Assembly: GCA_013239625.1 (NCBI GenBank)
Contig: MU053482.1
Span: 1,649,168 to 1,713,167, forward strand
Reading direction: 5' to 3'
Origin: Lama guanicoe
Taxonomy: Eukaryota
DNA: 64,000 bases
The position numbers were made by a program, and so were the translations under genes. Shown one piece after another: positions 13,047 to 24,707 of this stretch. The notes beneath the pieces were generated by a model. The model was not told the origin of the DNA, did not search any database, and saw only the letters and a list, made by a program, of their open reading frames with translations. The first letter of the stretch is position 1; each line of letters opens with the position of its first letter.

Positions 13047-16000
13047 AAAAACGTTTTTAAAAAATCAGTTGGACATAGATACATTGATTTATTTCTGGAC
13101 TCTCAATTCTGTTCTGGTCTACTTGTCTGTCCTTATGCCAGTACCTCACTGTTTTGATTACTGCAGCTTTGTAATGAGTTTTGAATGGGAGAGAAGGGCA
13201 TGGAAGCAAGACATGACCTGTACTAAACAGGGCTGTGACTCTCAAGAGACTGGATCACTGAGATGGCACAAAAGGAGCAGTAGAAAGAGCTTGAGCTTTG
13301 GTATTAGACAGACCTGGTTCAAATCCCAGCTCTATCTCTTACTAGCTATGTAAATGTAGCAGTCATGGAAAACCCTTATTGTTTTGGTTAATTATAAAAA
13401 TCCTATCTGCCACTTGTGAAAATAAAAGAAACAAAAGTCCGACAGTTTAGAAGTGTATGAAGTAGATAGTTACTTAATCTCCCTTAGTCTCAGTTTCCCC
13501 ATCTGTAAAATGGGGTGATTTTCTTACAGTGAAGGATCATTGTGAGAACTGAATGAGATAATGTTCATGTACCCTCTCAGGTGGGCTTGGATTAGCAGAA
13601 ACAGACCACACACATCTCCACCATAGGATTAGGTAAAGTGAATTTCCTAATTTAATCAGCCTGGGGCTTATTGGTGAGAAGGTACCACACTGGCCAGGAG
13701 CCTCTTCAACATATCTTGCCTGTTGGTTCTCACACAGGACACGAAGCTGCTGGTGATGCTCTCTGCACAGCTTCTGTCAAGTTGAGAAAGTAGCCAAAAT
13801 CTTATTATAAAAGTAGCCCTTTGGTATTTAAGGCTTACTTTGCCATTCTGAGAGAACTTGGTACTAAAGAAATAATATGTTTCTGTTTTCCAGAAGTAGG
13901 CTCTCCTGTCGCTAGAAAAAAAAATTAGTCTCTTCTGGTTCTTGAATCTGACTTGATGTCAGCAAAACTTTGGCGGGGCTGGGTTGGGCTGGGAGGGGCA
14001 GCCAGAGTCGAGCCTGGATGTTCCTGAACATTGGCTTTGTTCCTTCACAGTATTCAAATTGCACAGTATTCAACCTGCACAGTATAGGTGTGACCTTGGG
14101 AAAGCCATTAGCCTCCATTTCCTTTTCTTTAAAATGGACATAATAATAGTACTTGTCTCAGGGTTGTTGTGGGGATGAAATGAGTAAGGCTTAATAAATG
14201 CCAAGTGCTTGGGATGATGTGTGGCTCATAAAAAGCGCTATTTAAGTGTTAGCTGTTGTCATTATGAACTGGCACAGAAGCAGGGCTCCTCCACTACTAT
14301 CGGGAATTCTCCGGCCAATTGAATCTGAAAGTTGGGCCATTCATAGGTGCAGGGTAGGTGTGTGACGCAGGCAGGAGGAGCTCTTTGGGAAGAGTGGGCA
14401 GGAAAGCGGAGGAAGGAGGCTGTGATGGGTCAGGACTGCATGGAGGGGAGCAGGCCAGGGATTGCAGAGGCTAATGAAGACCCCTTGGGCACCATTTGGG
14501 ACCAGTGGGGAGAGAGGGCACATTGGGAGGACCTCCAGGTGGGGATGAGAAGCAGGGTCAGATGGAGACTTGCGGGCTGGGAGCCTTAACCAGTGCCTGA
14601 GATGTGGGTGACAGGGTTCAGCTTCCCCAAGAGCGATTGGGCCTCTGGCCTCAGTGGAGAATTCACAAGTAAATCGGGACACTGAAACAGACTCTTAGGA
14701 CTTGGACCCGTGCCACAGCTGTCGAGGGGCCACTGCAGAGGGTTCTATAGGGATCAGCCAGCTGACTCCAGTCCGCACTGCTGGTGGGTCAGTGTCAGCA
14801 GAGAAGCTGGAAGGGACCAGGCAGTGGCAGGGCAGACCAGGCCTGGCGGTGTGGAGGGGCACGGGCTGACCACTGTGGCATGAAGTTCACACGTAGCTAT
14901 TTCTCTGATAAGGACGGGATGCTTTTCCTGTCTGTACACTGGGTTTTATGACGCAGGAAGATGTGTTGCAAAGAGCACTGTGTAGGGAGTCAGGAGTCCA
15001 GGATCTGATCCTGCCTGCCCTATTCATTCCCATTCTGTCTCTGGGCAAGTCACTTGGCCATCTGGGCCTGCTTCCCCTGGGCCACTCTGCGTGATGAAGC
15101 ACTCTTGTAGTTTTGGTGTTCTGTGAGTTCATGACCTGTCGCCTCTGTGTGTGCTATGTGATTGGAAAGGCCAGGGTGGAGAGATGAGAACAGGGCAGGC
15201 TGGGATCGGAAGCCCTGGCGTGGCAGTGCCAGCTTAGGGGTGGCTGGGCAAGGGAGGCTGTGGTGGCCACCAGAGGCAGGTGACTGGAGACAGGAGGCAC
15301 CGCCTCATTCCAGAGCTTTTGATGGAGTTGGAGCAGTATAAGACCTGGACAGCTGGACTGGGTGGGGCCCACAGGATAGGTGGTACTGGAGTGAGTGAGG
15401 GAATAGTTCTGAAGGTGGACAGTGAGTGAGGGGGGTGGTCTGTCTCCCATGTAGCTGGTATGATTGAGGCTCAGGATGATTAGGTGGGAAGAGGAGTCAG
15501 TTGTGGATTTCAGGCAAAGACTTCTTGAGTCCCTTAGGACTTGTGCCCACTGAGATTTGAAGTCATCAGTCACTGCAGTTTCTCAGATAGGGTCACTGGA
15601 GGCAGGCAAGCAAAAGCAGAGAGATCCCGGGACAGAGGCTCATATCTGTGACCAAAGGTGAAAGGAAAGACCAGCTATGCCCACAGTCCGGAGAGCAGTT
15701 GCCATGTAGGGGCTCATGGGTACCTGTTGATATCTTAATTTCTTCATTCTTGAAAATCTGGTGCCCTGATTGACAAGTGCAACTGAGCCTGGGTCCCATC
15801 TGGGAGATTCTGGTCCAGCATGGGCTTGGGAGAGGGGCACACCTGTGCTCTCCGTCCTGAGCCAGGTGTGTGTTCCCAGGCAGCCCCCCTCCGAGGTCCT
15901 GGGCAGACAATCTGGTCTTCTAATCTGAAGACGAACAAAGAAAACCCTGCACGTTTGTGTAGGTGGGTCTGTCAGCTGTGGGGAGTCAGCAGGCTTCAGG

Positions 16001-16619
16001 GAACAGCCTGCCTGTGCTGTTGTCACGGGAGGCAGATTTCGGCAGGTGAACACCACCAGAGAACTGGGCCAGCCCCAATGGGACCCAGTGTCAGGATGAG
16101 GGGTGGAGTTCAGGCCAGGGAACCTTTGAAGTCAGGGAGGGCCTGCAGGAGCTAGGATTATCTTCTTACAAGGTCGCATTCCTCAGCAAAGACTTAATCC
16201 CAGCCTGGCTCTGCCTCCTCCAGCCCTGCAGACCAACTGAACACTAGGCCAGGGATGCACCGTGCACAGAGAGGGCACTTACTGCTCTTGTGTCGGGCCC
16301 TCCCTCCAGTCTGGCTTGCCCTGGGTGGGACATGCTGGGTGGCATTCCCTCCTCTCCAACACCAAGTGTCAGAGGGCTGATGCAGTGATGGGTTGGGCTC
16401 CTCTAGGAGAAAGCTTCTGTGAGTGTGTTTGCTGGTGGGTGCAGCTGAGTGTGTGCACCAGTAAAGAGTATACCTGGGGTGCGTGCACCACTGTGAGTAC
16501 TGATGAGTTTGTGTACCTTTGCAGAGAAGGGTGTGTGCGCCACCAAGCCTGGCTATATGTGGATGTGTGAGAGTGATGTGTATTTGAGTGGGAGTGGTGT
16601 GCTAGAGAGAATTGACTCC

Positions 16620-16654
16620 GTGTGTGTGAGAGAGAGAGGGAGGGGGAGAGAGGA

Positions 16655-16685
<31 letters not shown>

Positions 16686-16735
16686 GAGACAGACAGGCAG
16701 AGAGACAGAGAGAGACAGACAGAGACAGAGAGAGA
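16620..16735. repeat. Compound (TG)n/(GA)n/(GACA)n polypurine repeat
   Basis: Direct reading. Confidence 0.9.
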
Positions 16736-16899
16736 TACTGGTCAGCTCCCTCCCTGCCTCCCTTCCTCCCACCCTTTTGCCCCTGGACACATAGCAGGGA
16801 AGTTTGGGAAGCGGGGAGGGGACCAGTTCACTGCCCATTTGCCTGGCACAAGGACTGCGCCTTGAGCCTGCTCTGAGAGTCACCTTGCCTGGGCAGTTT

Positions 16900-17620
16900 T
16901 TGCGCGGCTGGTGAGGGTAGAAGCGCTCGGGGACCCACCAAGGCCCCGAGGCGCTGGAGGGGTCCGCTTAGATCTCCTCCTTGGGGCTGAAAGGTGCAGG
17001 TGTGACCTTGGGCGGTGAGCGGCGGGGCGGACCCCTTCCTGCCCGCCGCGCCCATCCCAAAGGAGTTGGGAGCGGGGACCCTGAGTCCGCGGTGCCACGA
17101 GGGGCTCTGGGGCAATCCAGGGCCGCATCAATGTTGGATGAGCCTGCGCTGCCTCCGCGAGGCCTAGATACCATCTTGCTCGGTCTCACTTTTAGTGTAA
17201 CTGGAGCGCCCAGGGACCAGCCCGAGCCCGCGACTCCCGATCTGCTGGCGACGGCGCCACCTGCGGGGGGACCGGAGCTGGGGTGGGGAGGCTGGCGCAG
17301 GCCCCAAGGCTGTGTCCCAGGACCGGGTGGGGGCCGCCTGGCCCGGCCTCGCGGGGCGGGGGTCGGTTCCAGCCTGGCCTCTCCCAGGCCCTTGGGGCCT
17401 GGTGCCGGGTTACATCTCCACCCTCGGGCCACCTCGCCCTCCCTGGGGTGTCATCTGTCCGGCGGCGTGTCCTCGGGCTGTTCAGTCCCATCCCCCCGCC
17501 CGGCTTTGGGGGTTTCCTGCTCCGGACGGGGCTGGAGGGGCATAGCTAGACGGAGAGAGGTCCCCTAGGGGAAGGAGGGAGAGTAGCCGCCGCTACGCAG
17601 AGCCTCTCCCTGCAGGTGAG
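16900..17620. promoter_or_regulatory. Intronic CpG island, candidate additional promoter
   Basis: About 700 bp of CpG-dense sequence with GC-boxes, ending in a consensus donor CAG|GTGAGT at 17615/17616. Confidence 0.7.
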
Positions 17621-18666
17621 TGCCCTTGCCCTGAGTGCTTGGGGGAAAGGGAGAGGAGGGTAGGACTGAGATCTGGGGGTCCCGACTAGCCCCACGACTC
17701 ACCACCCTGACCTTTTCTACCCCAGCCCCTGCACCTTAACCCTTCTGACACCACCTCCAGCCTCGCCCTCAGAGACAGAGGTGAAACCGGCTAGTAGTCC
17801 ACTGAGCATCTGGTACTTGCTGGCAGCCTTTGGGATGAGGTTATTACCCGGCTGTGGCCTGGGCGGTGGAAAGGGAACAGCCCCTTTGGTGGTAGTAAGT
17901 TTGGACTGGATCTGCAAGCAGTGGGCTGGCTGGCAGCCTGTTTTTATAAACAGTGTAGTGGACCCCAGGCCCACCTGTTTGTTTACATATTGGCTGTGGC
18001 TGCTTTCACTCTACAACCTCAGAGTTGTAACCCTAAAATATTTACCATCTGGCCCTTTAAGAAAAGCTTGACCTACCCGAGATATCCCCCAGTGCATGCT
18101 CCCCTTCACCCTCCACACTTCCACCTCTCCCCCCACACCTGGGCACACCTCTCTCCTCCCTCTGCATCCCCACACATCTGCTCTCCCCAGGCTGAGTGCT
18201 CCTCACACCTGGGACCTATACGCTGGGTCTCCTCACTGCTGCTTTCCTTGGTAAGAGAGGAAGACAGTTGGGAGCAACAGGTATTCCAGAATCAATAGGA
18301 TATCTGAGAGCTGAGGGTTGAGCCCCTGCAGCACCCTCACCTGACCCCGAGCTGATGGTGAGCCCCCTCCTAGGCCGCAGGAGCGGGGTGAGTTAGCTGA
18401 TGGCGAGCACGCCTTCTCTGGGACCCCACATCTGTCACCGCAGCTGAGAGGATGAGCAGGTCAGTTCTGGGTTTGGGCTTCCTGTCACCTCTCTGTGGGC
18501 CAGGCCAGGAGCAGGTGACGGGACTGGGCCCATTGTGCCCTTTTTTCCTTCAAGCCTCGAGTCTTTGAAAGCAAAGCTAAATTTGTTTCTTGGTTCCCCT
18601 TTGCACTGCTGAGCTCAGGGGTCTGTTTCAAGGGTAAGAGGGAAACCCCAGGGCCTGAAGACAGAG

Positions 18667-18700
18667 CTGCAGTCTTGCTATGCTGCCACTAGGTGGCACC
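18667..18700 (+). promoter_or_regulatory. CTCF binding site, core plus upstream module
   Basis: CCACTAGGTGGCAC (18686-18699) matches the CCASYAGRKGGCRS core. CTGCAGT lies 12 nt upstream of the core. Confidence 0.7.
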
Positions 18701-20273
18701 CTTGAGGTGTCGACTCCTCCTGGGGATGCCTGAGAGTTCTTGCCCACTCTTCTCCAGTTCTAGCCTGAAAGGCTGTGGTCACACACATTCTGAATCTCCC
18801 TAGGCCTGAACACCTCTGTCTGCCCCCTGAGGCAGCTCATCGACACCTCCAGACTCTAATTCAGGGCATTTTTACTTGGACGTAGAGAGAGGCCATCCGG
18901 GACAACCTGCACTTGTGATGGATGATCTGTCATCACCTGCCTACTTATCCTCCCTGACAGAGCTTGGCACAGCGGAGGGGTCAGAAGATGTTTGGTGGTG
19001 GAGAGAGTCTTGCCATCACTGTTTACTGCCGTGGTGTGTCTAGTGCTTCTTTAGTATCCAGCTATGCTGCTGAGAAGTCAGGGGGAAGGATCCAGGCACG
19101 AGTGCACCGTGGAGGGGAGCTGGTTCAGAGACAGAGGCAGCCTCTCCCTCTCTGTCCTGTTCTGGGTGGTGCCAGCATTCTGGGGGGTCCTCTAGATAGG
19201 ATGGGGTGCTGAGGAGACACAGGCCAGGGCCAGAGAGTGCTGCTGGTTTCCAGGAAGACTTCCCAGGCACACTTGGCCCTCTTCTGGCCCCGGAAGCCAG
19301 AGTGGGCTCCTCAGGGGTGGAGACAGGCTAGGGTGGGCTCTAGCACATGTGGTGGTCTCGCCCCTCTCATCTGGCCCCAGCTCAGCCCATTCCAGGAGCC
19401 CCCTAGCCTAAGAGCGAACAGCTGTGTGGCTGTCCAGGGGTCCCAGACAGAGGCTCAGAGGGCTGCATTTGTGTGGGAAGGACCACCATCAGTCAGGCAA
19501 CTGCTTCGGACAGCTAACGATGGTGTCCACAGAGGCCTTCACCCAGCCCAAGGGGGACGGACAGTGCGAATGAGGTCTGAGGTTCGGATGCTGCTTACAG
19601 GCTGTGGATGACGGGCAGGTGTTTCTGTTGGCCGGGCCCCATGGAGTCAGTAGAGGCCAGGCCAGCTTGTGCTCTTGGGAAGGGGCCCCTTGAAGAATCC
19701 TCTCCCTGACATCTGACATCAACATTCAGGTGCCATTTCCCTGCCTGGAACAGGCTCCAGAGCGAGACTGGCATCGCTCACCAGGGTAATTACTGGTTTG
19801 GGTTCGATTTCCATTCAAAACAGTAATCCCAGCCTGAGCTGGTGTCAGATCTGAAGGTTGATTATTAGGAACATTTATCAACAGCCTCTCATCTTCAGGC
19901 AATTACAGCTAATCTGCCATTCCTGCTCCCAGCCGTGCAAAACTGCCAGCCTCTTCCCTGCCCGCCCCCTCCCTTCCCTCTCCTCTTCTCCCAGCTCCCC
20001 TCCCCTTAGCAGCCAGTCTGAGGGAGGGCCAGAGATGGGAGCCACCTTCTGAGTCACTGTCACCCCCGACTGTAGGGGGCCCACATGCATGCAGGGCACC
20101 TGTTCTCCCCAACAGCAATCTGCACGATGCAGACTCTTGTAATATCTGAATCTGGTTCTTTCAGAACTGAGAGGAATCCCTGCAGTTTACAGACATGAAC
20201 CCATGTCTCTTGGTAACTTGTTACATGACTAGCAAGGGCCCCTCCTGCCCCTAACTTAGTCTGTCCTCCCCTT

Positions 20274-20659
20274 CAGGCCTGAGACTGGGGTGAAGCAAGT
20301 GAGTCATTTACCTTGGGAACAAAATTTAAGGGACTGCCAAAAAGCTCAGTGATCCTGATAAATAATATTTTAATGCAGTAATTTTTAACAACCAAAATGA
20401 ATGCAAAAACATCCATAATGAACAACATGAAAACTGTAATAAAGACAGTATCCAACCCTGGAGAGCAGGACTTGGTCTCACTGGCCTCAGTGTAATTCCA
20501 GCCTTGTAGAACTGCCTTTATAATTTTGGTATTTTACCAATGACACGTTTGCACTCATCTTGATTTAAATATGATTTATCACTGGGTTTTCCAGTATCTC
20601 CCTAAATTTTGCACCCCAGGAGCAAGTACCCCATTTAGCTCACCCCAGTTCTGGCCCTG
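20274..20659. mobile_element. Non-autonomous hAT DNA transposon (MER96B-like)
   Basis: Terminal inverted repeats CAGGCCTGAGACTGGGGTGA ... TCACCCCAGTTCTGGCCCTG. 8-bp TSD CTCCCCTT / CTCCCCTA. Confidence 0.75.
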
Positions 20660-23600
20660 CTCCCCTACTTCCTGTTGGGGCCTCCACCCCCACCTCTTCT
20701 GTTCTGTCTACTGCTTCAGGTTGGAGGTACTCAGCTTCTCTCTGCGCCGGGGTCCCCGCCATGGGCTGTCCCACCCATTGCCCATCCTCCACTCCATTCC
20801 TCTGGACCCTGCTTTAGCCTTCATCATCTATCTCCCAGAGGGCCTTAGGTTGCCATGGTAACTGGAGGACAGAACACCCTGGTCTTGCCCCACTCCTGTA
20901 ATCACATCCAGCCAGGCATGCTTGACAGTGTCCCTGACACATTGGTCTCAAAGGACTGAAACATTGCTGGATTTGTATGAGCTGGAGAGAATTACATTAC
21001 CTGAATCCCTCCTGGGTGGGGCAGATTGAGGACAGCGCGTGGCTAAAGGCAGGCTGTGATGATCTGTTTGTGCAGCGAGGCGAAAGGTGGAAGGAAACAT
21101 GGATGCTGGCTAACCAGCCTTCTGCAGAGGGTAGGTCTGGGTTCACTGAAAGGCACTGGTTTTGCTGAACCTGGTCTTTAAGACAAGGCACACCTGTCCC
21201 CCGCCCCCGCCCTCCCACCCACCCCACTGTGCTTAGCATGACTGAAGGTTAAACAAACATTTCAGAAAGATCTTTGTTGAAGGGGAGCCCAGGACACCAA
21301 ATTGTATCTGGACATTGTCACATCAAGGTCCAGGCCTCGGTCACTCAGTCACTGGGTGTCCCGATGCTGTCACAGTAGGAGACCCAAGGGGCTCAGGTGA
21401 AATGCAGGGGAAGCACTTCCCCCCGGTTGTTCTCACCACCTCCCTGCCCAGGCTCCCCTGTCTCCACTCCCCACATGGCAGTACTTCATCCAGTGCCTGC
21501 TTTGCTGCTACGCTTACTGGGTGAGTCACTCCCTCTCTGGGCCTCAGTTTCCTCCTCTGGGAAGTTATCAACAACCGTGCCCTCCTTTGAGGGTTGCGCT
21601 CACACTGAAAGAGCTAATGTATGTACAAGGGCTCAGAAACTGCCAAGTATCATGACTGACGACAGAGTCACATTCTGCGGGGCCTCAGAGGACAGAACTA
21701 GAATTAAAGGGAAATGTATTTGGGCTTGAAGGGGAGAAGAAATTGCTGACTGCAGGGGGAGGGATCGCTCTGGAAAGAACGAGCACCCCGAGGCGGGAAG
21801 CGTGCACTCCACTCAGAGGATTCATAATCCCCTGTCGATCAGCTTAGCTTCCAGAGGGCTTCCTGCCGCAGGAGGTGTGACTCTTGAGGGATACAGTCTA
21901 TCCAGCCCTGAGGTTCCGTGATTCCTTTTCTCCATCCTGCCCCAGTCCTCCCCCAGGGTGACATGAAGCCTCAAGGTGAGGATGGGCCTCCTTGGAGGGG
22001 GCTGGCTTCATCTAGTTAGTATGTTCTTTCATGGTCCGTATTTCTGTGGATCAGTGTATAAACCTGAGAGCTTCAGTGGGAAGGGGACCAGGGGGATGCT
22101 GTGCTCGAGAAGGTGTGCTTGCCTCAGCATTGGCTTTGAGGTGCCCTTTGACTCTGGCTGCAAAGTTCTGTTCTGCCAGAAATGGGACAGAAGACACCTG
22201 AAAGAGAGTTCCTGAGAGATGGAGGGATGCGGTTTCTGGTTCCAGGTGGCCACACATGTACACGTACCCACCTGGACGCTGCCACATGCAGTATGTCTGT
22301 ACACGTGTGTTTTGTGCTGTCTTCCTGGCACTGGCTTTGAAGTTTGAGGCATGTTTCAAAGTGGAGAGAACATCACACTGAGAGCTGGGAACCTGGCTGG
22401 CCCCTCCTCACTCTGAGCCTGAGTTTTCCACCTGTCACGCAAAGGGCGGGGATGAGACGCCCTCTCAGCTAACAGTCTGTGTCCTTCCGTTCTCTGAAGG
22501 CCGTGAGAATTTTTGACAGAATGGGCTCATCTCTGTACTCCCCCCCTCGGCCACTTACAGTCTCCTGTTTGGCAGACCTGGGGGCCAAGGGCTCCAGGAT
22601 CCCGGCAGGGTGGGGTCAGTGATGTCTGGTTTTGCAATGAGGCGTTATTTTCTGCTCAGAAATTTGAAATTGAATCCCAAAGATTCCTAATTGTTATTCT
22701 GAGCTCTTGTGGAAAATGTGAGTATAATTTTTATAAGAGAGTGGCTGAGGATGGATAAGAAAAGAAAGAAGCAGGGCTGGAGGTGGGAAAGCGAGAGTCA
22801 GAAGGTGATGTGAGCAGGAGCTCATGGTGGTCAAGGAGGCTGGAGGGGCTGGCAGGACTTGGGCAGAGTAAAGCAGCTTAGATCCTGTCCTGAGGCTGTG
22901 GGGAGCTTCTGGAGGGTTTAAGCAGGTCAGGAGGCATGATCAGATTTGCATTTAGAATGCTCACTCGGGTGCCAGTCAGAGGATGGATTTGAGAGGAGCA
23001 AGTTTGGAGGCAGACGCAATCCTGATGCCAAGATCTGGGCAGCAGACAAGGAGGCCCCACAGAGGATGTGGGTCTAGGGAAGGGGGAGGGTGGAGTGAGA
23101 GATGCTTGGTAGATACCCTCAGAAGGGCTTGATGCTTGTCTCCACTGGCTGAGGAAGGTGGACAGAGAAACATAGGAAGCAACAGTGGCACCTGGCGGGC
23201 TGGATGTGTCACCCACAGAGACAGAATATATACAATGAATGCTGGGACTCACAGGAAGTCCCAGGCTGTGTACCTCAGTGTGAGGTGCTGGGGACATCTA
23301 GGGTGTATGTCCAGAGGTCAGGAAGGGGGAGGGGTCTAGAGTTTAGGAAGGGGGTGGGTCCACGATGCAGGCATGTGTGGTCTCTATGTCAGGGCTGTGG
23401 GAACTGAAGCCCTATGAGGGGATAAGCTCACTCGGTAGACTTCAGGTGGAGTGAGAGGAAAAGAGGCTGAGGACACAGACAAGGAAATCCTCCATCCCCC
23501 ATGAGTCCCTCAAAGGCACAATGAGTGTGCCCCCAGCACACAGCCGGCCACTGACCCCTAGCCCAGGGCTGGCCACAGAGAGGGCATCAGTGAATGTGTC

Positions 23601-24002
23601 TGGCTCTGGTTCCTCCAGATGGGGTTTTTGTCCTCAATGCACCTGGCTCTGTGGGGGTTGCTATAGTAACCACAGATACAGGGATACACAGTCTCTGTGT
23701 TGCCGTGGAAACGAGCACTTGGGTGTCCCTGAGTAGCATGGCCACTGAAGCCTTGGGGATTGAATCTGTCCTAAAGGGTCTGAGAAGGAGACTGTGACGG
23801 TGGAGAGGGTTTCCACATCCTAATGAATCAGTGATGGTGGTTTTTCTCTGACTGTTGCCACGGTGATGGAGGAAGACACCCAGGTGGCTTGTGCTAGCTT
23901 CAGTGCTGAGCTGAGTGAAACAAGGAATTGCAGCGGGCTCCAGGTCTTTGTGTGCAGCCTGAACAGGACCAGCCCCCAAACACACCCCATCCCCTGGCTG
24001 CC

Positions 24003-24137
24003 ATGGGGGTCAGGACCCCTTTGCCTTCTTTTTGGGTTTGCACCCTTTTGCCGAGACAGGGATTTTGTTCCCAGGAGGCACTCCCCGGCCCATGGGATCT
24101 CAGCATTCCAAGCAACACAGGAAACCTGGGCCCCTGA
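24003..24137 (+). other. Out-of-frame overlapping uORF (44 aa, MGVRTPLPSFWV...) from the ATG corresponding to the human long-isoform start
   Basis: gccATGg at 24003 is 89 nt upstream of ATG 24092 (not a multiple of 3). Its TGA is at 24135-24137. Confidence 0.7.
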
Positions 24138-24159
24138 AACGGGGCCACCGAAGAGATCG
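24092..24159 (+). CDS. TUB: TUB middle alternative first exon, coding part from the in-frame ATG (MGSQHSKQHRKPGPLKRGHRRD + CG)
   Basis: Matches the recalled human long-isoform segment ...PMGSQHSKQHRKPGPLKRGHRRDR. Donor CG|GTAAGC at 24159/24160. 68 nt, phase 2. Confidence 0.85.
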
Positions 24160-24707
24160 GTAAGCACTCGACACCCCCCCCTTCAGCCCACGGCCCCCAG
24201 CCCCTGTCCACTATACCCTCTACGACTTCACCCCTTTGCAGTCCCAAGGCCTCCCCTTCCCCACCACCACATGGGGTCCTATCCTTATCCTTCCAAAGCC
24301 TCGGGCTCTAGACAGGTGAACAGGGGGCTTCACTCCTCTGCTTGCCCAGGATCTCGGGGGGATTCCTCCAACACGGGAGTGAGGCCTCTGCCCCCGGAAG
24401 CTCCACACCCCTGCCTTCTGCCTCTGCTAGTGGGCTCCTCCTGCAGCCTCCACCCCGCCCCCGTGCTCCATTCCCCCGGCTTCGGTCATTACTGCCCTCG
24501 TTCTCAGCTGCCTGCCTGCTGGCCCCGGCCCCACAGAGCCAGCCCTTGCCGGGAGTCCCTCTGCCCGATCCCACTAACTCCGGCCTGAAGCGGCCGGGAC
24601 CGAGACCCCGGAGGAGGCCCTGAGTGACCGCGGTCTGGCCAGGCGAGGGGCAGGGATGATGAGGTGAGGCACCAGGCCGTGGAGTCACCCCTGCTTTTTC
24701 TCCTCAG

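Noticed and set aside
16968..17568. 154-aa and 195-aa ORFs in the intronic CpG island
   Set aside because: G/P/R/A-rich, expected by chance at this GC content.
23863..24588. 241-aa ORF across the middle TUB exon
   Set aside because: Different frame from the TUB peptide, runs through the splice donor into a GC-rich intron, and has no recognisable homology.
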